Source: Podarcis erhardii
Lineage: Eukaryota
Length of the DNA stretch: 64,000 bases
Assembly (NCBI GenBank): GCA_964252035.1
Contig: OZ176201.1
Strand: one strand, 5' to 3'
Position 1 is the stretch's first letter. Every line of letters starts with the position of its first letter. Shown one piece after another: positions 46,601 to 58,600 of this stretch. The notes below the pieces were generated by a model. That model ran no database searches. It saw nothing but the letters and a program-made list of their open reading frames with translations, and had not been told where the DNA came from. The position numbers and the translations under genes were made by a program.

Positions 46601-49600
46601 AGTAACTGACTGGCAGTGGTTTCATGTAAAGGGCCTTCTCAGCCCTAGCCCTTCTGCATGCAAAGCAGATGCTCTACCACTGAGCTGCACCCCTTCACCA
46701 TGCACAGTGAATTCCCCTTGGTGATTGCAGCTTGATGCAAGAATAAGTTGAGCCCAAAAGTCTGCTGCAGAATTAGTTCAAAGTGGAGCCTGTGGCCAGA
46801 TGCCAACTGTGTGCCCCCAATAGGCATCTTTCAAGCACAAAGAATGTGGAAGTGTTGGTAAGCATGCCAGTCTCTTAGGAAAGCATCCATTACAGCCTGA
46901 AGCAAGCTCTAATGCTAGAGCCTAGGGTTGACAGCAGGGAAAGACCATCTTTGCACCAAAGGAGTGACTGCACTGTTGCCTTGATCCACAGCGGTCCATT
47001 TCTAGTAGGGTGTATGTCGTGACATCTTCTGGTTGTTTAACAGCATTAAGGGGGCACAGTGGGCTTCAAGGGAAAGAGCAGCTGTCTCTGCTGCAATAAC
47101 CACCTACTTCTTTTCACACTCCCCACCTTACAACCAGCAACCTGTCGTTTGAAAGCTGACACAAGGATCATGCTTTCTGCATGAATAAAGCTTTGTGTTG
47201 CTCATGCAGATGGCAAGTCGTGCAGGGCTCCTTTAAAGTTAAGCCAAACTACTTTAGTGTTCACAAACTTACAGACCTCTCCTTATCAAAGTATACTGTG
47301 GTACCCTGATAAAAATTCTCATCTGTAAAACATTGCTGTCTTGTGTGAAAAATGCTTCTGATGTGTTACAAGTGCCAGATAAAGAAGAAATGGATCTGGA
47401 GGTGCAAATGAATCTCTTCCCCACTTCATCCACCTCCACATGCACCCAGGGGAACCTTGCGCTACAGCTGGGGTGGTTTGCAAAGGTTTCATGACAAAAG
47501 CCTGGTTTAGGCTTGCTTGTCTGCAGAAGTTTGGATTAACTTGCTGTGTGTTTCATAATGCAGGTGTCCAAAAGGAAACTGCACAGGACTTTCTTAGCAG
47601 AAGATATGAGAATCTGCTCTGATGCTCACCATACCATTTCTCTCCTAGGTCCTGGCATTGCAGACACAGTGAAGTCAGGAGAGGAAGTTGGCTTTGTGGT
47701 TGATGCTAAATCTGCAGGCAAGGGCAAAGTGACATGCACTGTCCTGACACCAGAGGGTACAGAAGTCGAAGCAGAGGTCATTGAAAACGAGGATGGAACA
47801 TACGACATCTATTATACAGCTGCTAAACCAGGAACCTATGTAATTCATGTCCGCTTCGGTGGCGTGGACATTCCAAACAGCCCCTTCACTGTCATGGTAA
47901 GATACCTGGCTTTTGGTTTTGAAACCCTTTGCGTGAACTTAACAGGTAGACTGATAAGTAGTGAGCATGTTAGCTTTAATAAGTCACATGGAGTTTGACA
48001 CAGTCGTTTGCAGCCTATTAGTCCAATCCTTATCAAGAGTAATGAGAAGAAAGTTCTGATGAGTTCAGTAGGACAAACGCACAGGTAAGTGGCGCTAGGA
48101 TTGCAGCCTAAATTAGCATTTGGAGTGAGCTGAGTGTTTTGCCTATGTGGTTCTTGTGGACAAAGCAGTGTTTTTTCAGCTATGAGAAATACTACCTCAC
48201 AAAACCCTAGTGTCGGATGCCATTCTTTTCAGATATGCTGTTGTACCACTTTCCCCCTTGTTCAGGGCTCTTCGCCGTAGTGGTCCCAGCTAGTTGGGAA
48301 CTGTGAGCAAGAAGTCAGCCCAACACAGAGTGCATGCGCAAGAATGGAGTTGGTTCATGCGGAAAGAGGGAAGGTGGCTAGCTTGGAAGTGTCATGCAAC
48401 CCTTGCCTTCTGCTTCTGGTGTAGCTGCTTTCACCACTCCCACACTGTGTACGCCACAGAACCCTATGCATATGTACCTCTAAGTTGCGATGTTTTTATA
48501 AGCTCTATGAATGAAGAGGGTTTTTAAAACTATACCTTGCCTTTTGCCACTAACTAGGCTACAGATGCAGATGAAGTTGCAGTGTTGTCTCAGGAGCCAC
48601 TAAATGCAGCATGTCCCCCTGGATTCCATCCCTGGGTACCTAGTTTTGTTTTTTTACACTGTCTTCCGTGTTCCATGCAAGAGTTGACATCCTGCCTCTT
48701 GGGTCTGTCTAAGCTTGCTTTCTTGTCATATCTTACTGGTGATCAAAAAGCTACTTTGGGGCAACTTGGGTTTGATTCAGAACCTTCCTTCATATATATA
48801 TATATATTTAAGAACCCTTAACATCACAATCATTTTAAACGGTGCATCTGTGGTACTTTGTCCTTGGGGAGCTATTTTCTTCTTGACTTCAGATGGTGAA
48901 CGGCTTCTTCCTAGAGTATTGTCACTGACCATGTTGCTCTGGCTTTATGTTTTGGTTTCTCTTCTGCTTTAAAAAAACCACAACTTTCTTCCAGACCATA
49001 GCCAGCTTCAGTGTTCCTTTGGACGGAGCTATCCTTGCATCTTTTACTCTTCCATTTTGTATGTTTTTAAAACTCTCTTCTGAATGTTTTTCACGTTAAA
49101 CAATGAATGGGAGCAAAGCTTTGTGTGGTGGTCAACAGTCTGCAGTTGAGTGGTGTCTTCATTCTGGATGCAACTGTCTGAACTGACCAAAAATAGCTAA
49201 GCAAACTGTTTTGTGCTAGAATGACAATAACTTTTTCTCCACAATAGGTCACGGAAGAAGCTTATGTTCCTGATGGTGACATGAATGGTCTTGGGTTTAA
49301 GCCTTTTGATATGGTCATTCCTTTCGCAGTAAGAAAAGGAGAAATAACTGGTAAACAAGCTTTCAGCACACAGTTGATGACTCTCTTTAAAGCAGTGGTG
49401 AGGACCCTGTGGCCTGCCGGATGTTGGGCTCTTAACTTCCACAGTCCCTGACTGCTGGTTGGGGCTGATGTGGGTTAGAGGCAACATCTGGAGAGCCACA
49501 GAGTCTCCAAACCTTAGTTAATGTCAAGGAAAATGCCTTTCCCCCACCTGTCTTTTGGGTGCCCCTTGCATGGCTCAGTAGTTTAGCTTTGTAATAGAGG

Positions 49601-52600
49601 CATATATTTCACCCTGCAAGATAATCTTTCAAAAAGATGGTGCTATTGTTTGGTCTTAGCAGAGCTGGGAGGAGATAAAAATGAAGCTCTCCTAGAGTAG
49701 CCATGATTGTCCTGTCCTTGTTACCCACTGTGCAAGTCTATTTAATCTGCTCTTAAGTATCATCCAGAGCAACAGCTCTTCATTGGGGCCTTCGATTATT
49801 ATTATTTCTTCTTATTATTTATTGAATTTCTATATTGCCCTTCATCCGAGGATCATGGAGCGGTTCACAATATAAAAACACAAAAATACATACCATAACA
49901 ATTATCATTATTGTTATTTATTGAATCTGTATACCACCCTTCACCCGTAGATCTCAGGGCTGTTCACAACAAACACAAGAAAAAGCCTTGCACAAAATGC
50001 TAAAACCAAAGCGCCTGAAAATAATACCCCACCCCTACACTGTTAAAAAGGCCATAGATTGTTTAATTTGCCAAAGGTCTGGTTGAAGAGGAACATCTTT
50101 GCCTGGTGCCTAAAGGTGTTCCAATGAAGGTGCCAGGCGAACCAACCTGGGGAGAGCATTCCACAAGTGGGAAGCCACTGCAGAAAAGACCTTTCTCATG
50201 TTGCCGCCCTCCAGATCTCTTATGGAGGAGACACACAGAGGAGGGCCTTTGATCATGATTGCAAGGTCCGGGTAGGTTCATATGGGGAAAGGCTGTCCTT
50301 GAGGTATTGCGGTCCTGAGCTTGAAAACAGTCAGCTTTGGCCGGCCATGGCAAACTCTATAGAGAGTTGTAGATGCCACCAGACCTTGATGGCTTTATGG
50401 ATTTTGTCTGTCTAAGCCAACCTTCAAGGACACGACTTGTCTTAAAGAATATTAGCATGTTATATTCTGATCATTATCAGAAGAATAAATGGATCTCCAA
50501 GCCTTAATGCAGGAGAATTTTTGGAAGTGCTTTCAAAGAAATGCAGGGAAACCTTTGTATAACCTCCCCCTCCCCTGTTTATATGAGTGAAAGGGAGGGC
50601 CCCAATACCATGCAGATTTGAGTGTGAAAACACTAAAACACATGGCTTTGCTTTTTGAAGTATTGTGCAGTTTGAATTTAGTTTGAGCCTTGTGTTTTCA
50701 GGGGAAGTTCACATGCCCTCGGGGAAGACTGCACCAGCAGATATTGTTGATAACAAGGATGGCACTGTAACCGTCAGCTATGCCCCTGTTGAGGTTGGAT
50801 TGCATGAAATGCATATCAAATACATGGGCAGTCATATTCCAGGTGAGTGCCAGCTGATCTCAAATCAGCACTACGTTATGTTACAAGAACTTGGCTGTTG
50901 TTGATTTTCAGGGTGAGGGCTGCATTTATTCACACCTTTTCTTCGATTGTCCTACTTCAGTCCTATGCATTGCCTTGGTCTAGGGTTGTATTGCATGCCT
51001 CATATGGTGATGGCGGTGGGTAGCTGAGTGAAGGCAGGAGGAGTTCTTAGTGGGTTTGCAGCCTGTGCCAGACTTAAAACAGATTTGGCTTTTGTGGACA
51101 GAGTTTTGTGGCCATACTTTTGCAGTTAGCTTGGAACTTATAATTAACTTATTTTAGTGAAGAGGTACTACAACTAGAATTGAGAAAAAGTTTTGAAATG
51201 CATGTGTAAAATATTAGGCCTGCTTTGCTTAAACTATAATCTGTGGAAAGGATCAAGCTATAAAGAGCTCAGCCCAATTTCCTAGTGAAGTACTTACGTT
51301 GCCAGTTTTGACTGCCTGCGCCACTTTTGCTGGCTGACTCACATGCATCATCTTCATTGAGAAGTTGTAAAAATGAAAGCTGAATACAATCCATCTGGCT
51401 TCCCCCCCTCCCCCCCCTCCTCTCTTAAGCCAACACTATTAGCTAGCTTAAGGTTTACTACTTGGCAAGAATTTTCAATTAATTTTATCTGGGAAAATGG
51501 ACAAATCCCTGGTAGTTCAGCTTTTGCATACATATTCTCCTGGCTTACTGGGATTGATACAACCAAGAATTGTGCATGGATATTTTTCCTCTTTGGCATG
51601 CTGGTGCTTCGGGGGGCACACTCGGTTCCTTTCCACACCTGTAGTGCCGCTGCTCAAATAATTTTTATTACATCACTTAGAGTTTTGTGACTAAGCAGCT
51701 TTCTAAATAAATAAAACAGAAAGCGATGGGTGTCCAGTTCCATACTACCTGGGTGTACAGCTCCCCGTCTACTCTTGGAAGCGGCATTGCAGGTTTCTGC
51801 CCATGTCAAAAGGGGCTTTTTGTCCCTTGAACTGGGGCACATCCAGACAAACAGGAGCCGGCTCATAGCTTTTGGGGACAGGGACACGTTCAGCTATTTC
51901 AGCTTTGAAGCCTGTGGCAGAGCTAGAAATAGAAGCGCCAGTTAAGTCCCAGCCACAAGAACAGTCTCTGCATAAATCTAGACTTTTTTTATTATAAAAA
52001 AAATAGCATTGGCTTTTTTATGTGCTCCGTGATGACTGGTTTAGTGAATCTCTGGCAAACTCAAACTTCACTGGCAGCAACCAGTTGATAAATTTGTAAG
52101 GGATAGGATGCTTTACATGGGCATGACTGAGGACCTGCTATTTGCTTGCTGGTAGAAAGCAACTGCATGGGATGGTTGGAGTTCCTGCTGGGAGGTGTAA
52201 GGCAAAGTCCTGTGGGAGACTTTGATGGAGGGTTGGGTGCTGCATATGTTCATTATTTGCAGTAGGCTTTCTAGAGCGCTCTAGTACACTTTGGGGCGGT
52301 GAATAAATGTGAAACCTAAATGGAAACCAGTGAAACACTGAAATCAGAGGAGGATAAAGTTACTGGAACTGAGCCTAAATGCTCATGATTGACAGTGGAT
52401 CTTGCATTTAATTTCTTGCAAGGCTCTCCAGCATCAGAGGCATCATGAATGGCTGCACAACTGCAGCACAAGAGAGCGATTGCCCCACGTCTTCCTGCTT
52501 GTGGGTTTCCTAGATAAGCATCTGGTTAGCCACTGTGGCAAATGGATGCTGGAGTAGATAGTTCTTGGTCTTATATAACAGAGGTCTTAATGCATAGCAT

Positions 52601-55600
52601 TCTCTGTCATACGGAAGGGAATATAGGAAAGAACTGAAAATAAATTCTGTGTGTGCAAGCTTAAGACGTATTAAATTGCTGAGTAAACACACAAACTTAT
52701 ATTCGTTCTCTTTGGAGAGATGTACAAAAAGATGTTAAAATAATTTAAATATCCTACCCCATGTTTATGCATAGTTTTTCAACCTTTGCAGAGAGCCCTC
52801 TACAGTTCTATGTGAACTATCCCAACAGTGGAAATGTAACTGCTTATGGACCTGGCCTTGTCTATGGTGTAGCAAACAAGCCAGCAACCTTTACCATAGT
52901 CACAGAAGATGCTGGTGAGGGTAAGTGGTCTAATCCATAGTCTCTGAAGAATTTACTTGACATGAATCCTGTTTGATTTTTGGTGGAATATTTAACTTCG
53001 ATATAAGCACACCCCAAAATTTTAAATTCCGAGGCGGATGCTATAATCAGACTTCATAGAGGGTGAATAGAAATAATTCATCATTTTCTTCATTCCCCCA
53101 GTAACTTTAGGGATCCATAAATATACCAGTGCATGGTTCAACAAAGCATCACATTGTACATCACAGAAGTACAATCTACTTCTGAAGCATTTTGCAGATT
53201 ACATGATGTGTTACAACTGCCCCATCTAACATTATGGTGACCCTAATGATGGGTTAGGCTCAGAGCTACCCAAAGCCATGAAGTGAGCTTTATGGCTGAG
53301 CTTGGATGTGTACCTGCAAGTCCAAATACGATTCTGGACACTGAACCCTCCTTTAGGAGAAACGTAGATGTTCCTGTAAAGAGCCATAGAGTTGGGACCC
53401 AGCGTCTTACTGCCCTTGTAGTCCAACCCCTTGTTTGCAGCAGGAAATTCAGAGCTGATTACAGTCAGTTTGACACAGACTTAATTCCCTTAATTCAAAG
53501 TTGCTTGCTTTCACTCCCAATAAAACATTTTTGAAGATAACTTGAATATGACAAATGAAATCTTCAGAGGGCTAGCCATGATGCTCAATCCAAGCAGGGC
53601 CTCCCACATCTGGAACTGAAACTTCGTTCTTAATTGAAGTTCACTGATTTTTATTTCAGACCATGTCTTGAAAAATGTAAGTTTGAGAATTCTTGTGGCA
53701 CTTTTTTCTCCAACGTGACAGGTGGCCTGGACCTAGCAATTGAAGGTCCCTCCAAGGCAGAGATCAGTTGCATTGATAACAAGGATGGCACTTGCACCGT
53801 GACTTACTTGCCAACTCTTCCAGGAAACTACAGTATATTAGTCAAATACAATGACAAACACATCCCAGGAAGCCCATTCACTGCCAAAATCACAGGTACG
53901 AGGAGCACTTGAAACAGCTACGATGGGCCTAAAAGTTTTGTGTTTGCAATCGGTTGCATTTAGTATAAATTTACATAAAGAAAAGACTTACCTTTAACAC
54001 TCATACTCTGTGTAGACTGCAAACGGAGAACTGACAACTTGTTTTTAACCATGTGATGAAGTCATGTTGTGTTTAGCTGGCTTTTGCCCAGTAATTTAGT
54101 ATGAACTGCAGAAACAAAAGGTTCCCTGCAATAACTTCTGAGCTGTCAAGTGTTGTCCAGTTACTGTCCACGGGAGTCCTGGTTTCGTGGAGCATAAATT
54201 TGCATTTGTAAGCAGCACACATGTCTTCTGATTCTCATCAATACTTTCTTTGTAAATTTAAGTGGAAAGGCATTTGGATGGTTTGCCCAGAATGTTAAGA
54301 TCCAGTAATGTTAATACTTAGTAGTGTTTTAATCCAAAGTCCTAATGGGAAATTTTCCTTCTTAAAGATGACAATAGGAAGCAATCTCAAGTTAAACTGG
54401 GTTCTGCTGCTGACTTCCTGTTGGACATTAATGAGACTGACCTTAGCCTCTTGACAGCCAGTATTAAAGCCCCATCTGGCCGAGATGAACCTTGTCTTCT
54501 GAAAAGGCTACCCAATAACCACATTGGTAAGTCTTAATCATCTTCTAGGGAGGCTGCTGTATTGGTTGTGTGGTGCTGCCAGGGTAGTCTTGGGGAAGCT
54601 TGTGAGCCTGGGCCACAATTGGAATCGAATAATACTTTTAATTTCTGGCTAGAGTGGGATTTTGATGCCACAAATATTTAATGCCAGCTATCTTACAGGG
54701 ACACGGGTGGCACTGTGGGTTAAACCACAGAGCCTAGGGCTTGCCGATCAGAAGGTTGGCGGTTCGAATCCCCGCAACGGGGTGAGCTCCCATTGCTCGG
54801 TCCCAGCTCCTGCCAACCTAGCAGTTCAAAAACATGTCAAAGTGCAAGTAGATAAATAGGTACTGCTCCAGCGGGAAGGTAAACTTCTCTGGTTCGCCAG
54901 AAGCAGCTTAGTCATGCTGGTCACATGACCTGGAAGCTGTACGCCGGCTCCCTCAGCCAATAAAGTGAGATGAGTGCTGCAACCCCAGAGTCGGTCACGA
55001 CTGGACTTAATGGTCAGGGGTCCCTTTACCTTTACCTTTACTTTTACCTATCTTCCAGTTCTGTATTGTGATTTGACAGTGTGTTTAGAGGGGGGGGGCG
55101 CAAAAAGATAAAGTGTGAAGTTACAAATTTGTCTCACTTCTAACCTCTGTCTGGCAGGTATCTCATTCATTCCACGGGAGGTGGGAGAGCACCTGGTCAG
55201 TATTATGAAGAATGGGAGCCATGTCCCCAACAGTCCGGTGTCCATTATGGTGGTCCAGTCTGAGATTGGTGATGCGAGCAGAGCAAGGGTTTCTGGACGT
55301 GGCTTAGTCGAAGGACGCACGTTTGAAATGTGTGACTTCATTGTAGATACAAGAGATGCAGGTCAGTACTGGGATTCCGAGGCTGCCAGAAAGTATCTAA
55401 GGGATGCCTGTGGGCTGCGGGTTGCCCACCTGTGATGTGGTTGATCTGCTGTTGTTGTTCTGAGTCGCAGTTGTCCGATCTTCACAGCTACTGAGCAGAG
55501 CAAAATTGCCTGACTTGTAAATTGTGGTTGCCATGATGTAGAACAAGTTTGGATGCTCTGTCAATCTGCTAATTTATATAGGTTAAAACTCACAGCTCTA

Positions 55601-58600
55601 TACCGCAAGCAGCATATCAAGCAAAATCCCATATGTGACCATGAGCTGAAACGGCTGGCTCACTTGGAATGGTTAATATACAATGACTGCAGTCCATAAA
55701 GCCGTCCATCAAGATTTAGGCGGTGCTCATTGAAGCTCTTTACAACTGCTTGCACTCATCCCAGCTGCTTTCTTTTCTAGGTTATGGTGGGATATCGCTG
55801 GCAGTTGAAGGACCTAGCAAAGTAGATATCCAGACAGAAGATCTAGAGGATGGAACTTGCAGAGTTTCGTACTTTCCAACTGTACCTGGTGTCTACATAG
55901 TATCTACTAAGTTTGCTGATGAGCACATCCCAGGTAAGAGAAAAAGAGCCTACGTAAGCGAGCCATTGCTGGTCCACTTCCCCATCAGCGCTGACCTCTT
56001 GTAATAAGTGCAGAGTCTATAGGACACCATCTAGGCTTCCCACCAGGGCCTTCATGTTCTGAAAATGCCTGAAGATGCTTGTTTGCTAAATTTTGGAAGG
56101 CAGGATAATAAACTTCTTGCGCACCTTGAAGATGCTTTTGTTTGAGGGGTTGTCTCCTGCTGCAGTGTAACACTTATCTCTTCGCTACTCAAACTAGAAT
56201 ATTGGTTTGGTACAGGTGACTCTCAACATACGTGGGGGTTGCGTTCTAGGGTGTAGCTTGCAAAGCCAAAATCACGAATAGTCAAAATACAGTGGGGTCA
56301 TAGGTGGGTGGGATTGCCAAAGCTTTTTTTTCCCAGGACACCTGCCCCACCTTTAATTAATTTAAAATTCGCAAAGCATGCAAAGCTGAATGTGTGTAAA
56401 TAGCAAGTTAATCTGTGTAGGAAGATGGGGTTACCTTGATAGTCATCGGTGATAAGTCTCATGCTTAATGTGCTTAGTTAACAATGCAGTGGTCCAGCCT
56501 TCCTCAGTGGGAAAGAATTCTAAGATGGTAGCGGAAATAACTATTAGTAGACGATATGTTACTTTATTGCCTGTGAAAGTCTTTGCTTCCTGTACTGATA
56601 GATGGAACTCAGTGTTGTTTTGTCTCTACTAACTACAGGGAGCCCATTTACTGTGAAAATAAGTGGTGAAGGAAGGGTGAAGGAAAGCATTACACGTACT
56701 CGGCGGGCTCCTTCTGTGGCCACGGTTGGAAGCTTGTGTGATCTTAACTTAAAAATTCCAGGTAAGTTAGTTCTACTAATAAATTTACTGTTTTGGAAAC
56801 CATAAACCAATAAGGCATTGAATCTTCTGGGCATTCTTTGCAATCCGATTTAAAAATGGAATGTTTTCCAAATACTTCTAGAGATCAGGGAAGGCATTCT
56901 TATATAGATCGGGGCTTTGCATGGTAGGACTCACACCAATTTCTTCCTTGGCCCCATGAAGCAGCAGTGGCATTTAAATTTTGCTTTCTAGCATATCACC
57001 CACTGACTCAGTTCTAATAACAAGTGACCTGGTTCACATGTAATGCTAAGCGAAACCTGGACTTAAGGTGAATGCATAGGCTATTCAAAATGATATCATT
57101 ATTTTTGCCTCTTAGACCTTCCTCCTGTTGCCTGTCTACCTGAGTCTAAGCCACAATTTGACTTAGCACATGGCTGAACCCAGATTTGTTTTATTAACCA
57201 AGGTTTTTTCCTGGTTTCACAGTTTATGGGTTGTCTAGAGGAAACAAACCATGAGCTTGAGTTTGGGCTACATGTTAAGCCAAACCATGGCTTAACTCAC
57301 TGTAGCACAGCAGTACTGGATGAAGAACAATATGCCCAAAATTTCTGTTCTGGGAATTCATGCATTCATGCTATGTGTGAAGTACGGGTGCTAGGATGAT
57401 CTCAGAAGGTTGTACTTGAGTCACCTGATGCTTGAGTTACCTTCAGCCATATTTTTGGAAGGGTAGGAGCGCAGTTGCTGCTATAGAGATCTGTATCATG
57501 TGGATCTAACTGGGGGAGACGCATAAAATAATTGGCTGGTTAAAGAATAAATGCTATCTTCCTCATAGAGTGCACTAATATACAGAATATATTCAGCATG
57601 CTGCTTCAGTTTAATACATATTCTGACGTCTGTTTCTATCTCTTTCTCTGCTGCTCTAATCAATCTTGGTCTTCCTGTCTTCTGTTCCTTTCTTTCCCCC
57701 TATTGCCTTCTCATAGTTACATGGTTCCAAATGGCTATATCTCTGGAAAGATTGTCCCGTGTTTCACACCAGTTCATTCCCACTTTCCTGTGTGTTGAGC
57801 AGAAGGAAAACTGCCAGACTCAATTGAGAGAATCTTGGTGTCCTAGTTTCACAAAAAAACCAGCCAACATCAGACAACAATGTTTCCAATCGGTCCTTCT
57901 ATGGGATCTACAGATGTATTACATACCTGGCTCCTTAGGGGTAGTGGGTACGTTGTAGTACTGAGGTTGTCCTATAACTGCATTACATACTTCAATAAAA
58001 TCTGCTTTAAGGCGCAATGCATGGCAAGTCAGCAGCAAAAGTATTTGTTACAAAGACCTGTAACAAACCCTCAGTCAGTAATGGAGCCTGTGGCCCTCCA
58101 GATATTGTTGAATTCCAATTCCTATCAGTTCTTAGAATGGGTAATGTTCACTGCACTAAATCCAACTCTGTTCCCAAATAAAATTAGTTTTTTCTTCCTT
58201 TCCTTTCCTTTCCTTTCCTTTCCTTTCCTTTCCTTTCCTTTCAAGAGAACTTCAAAAAATCTTAAGCACAACTCCTCCTGGACATATTTGTCTGTAACCT
58301 GGTAGATTTGATCTCCTCTGTTGTGGGGGGAGTGTATTATGCCTGCAAATTCCATCCTCTTCTGTCAACAGGAAAAGGTCGGGTTTTTTTTACTTTCCAG
58401 TGGGGGATGAAGTGGACTTAAGTTGGGTGATTCAATTCTTGATTCATTTGTCAAGTGCTTCAGAAAGAGGCAGACTGCTTTCTGAATTGTGCACCTGCTG
58501 TATACATTGATTAAGTAAACATTCAAAAAAAGGGGGTGAGTGGGCTCAAATTTAACTCATCCCCCACACTTGAATGCCTGTGACTCAGTGTGAGTGCAGT

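Noticed and set aside
56627-56633. TACTAAC as the branch point of exon 38
   Set aside because: The branch A would be only about 6 nt from the 3' splice site, too close for normal branching; read instead as a protein-binding motif.
57880-58305. 141-aa ORF
   Set aside because: Different frame from the FLNC-like exon; its C-terminal SFPFL repeats come from the (TTCCT)n microsatellite.
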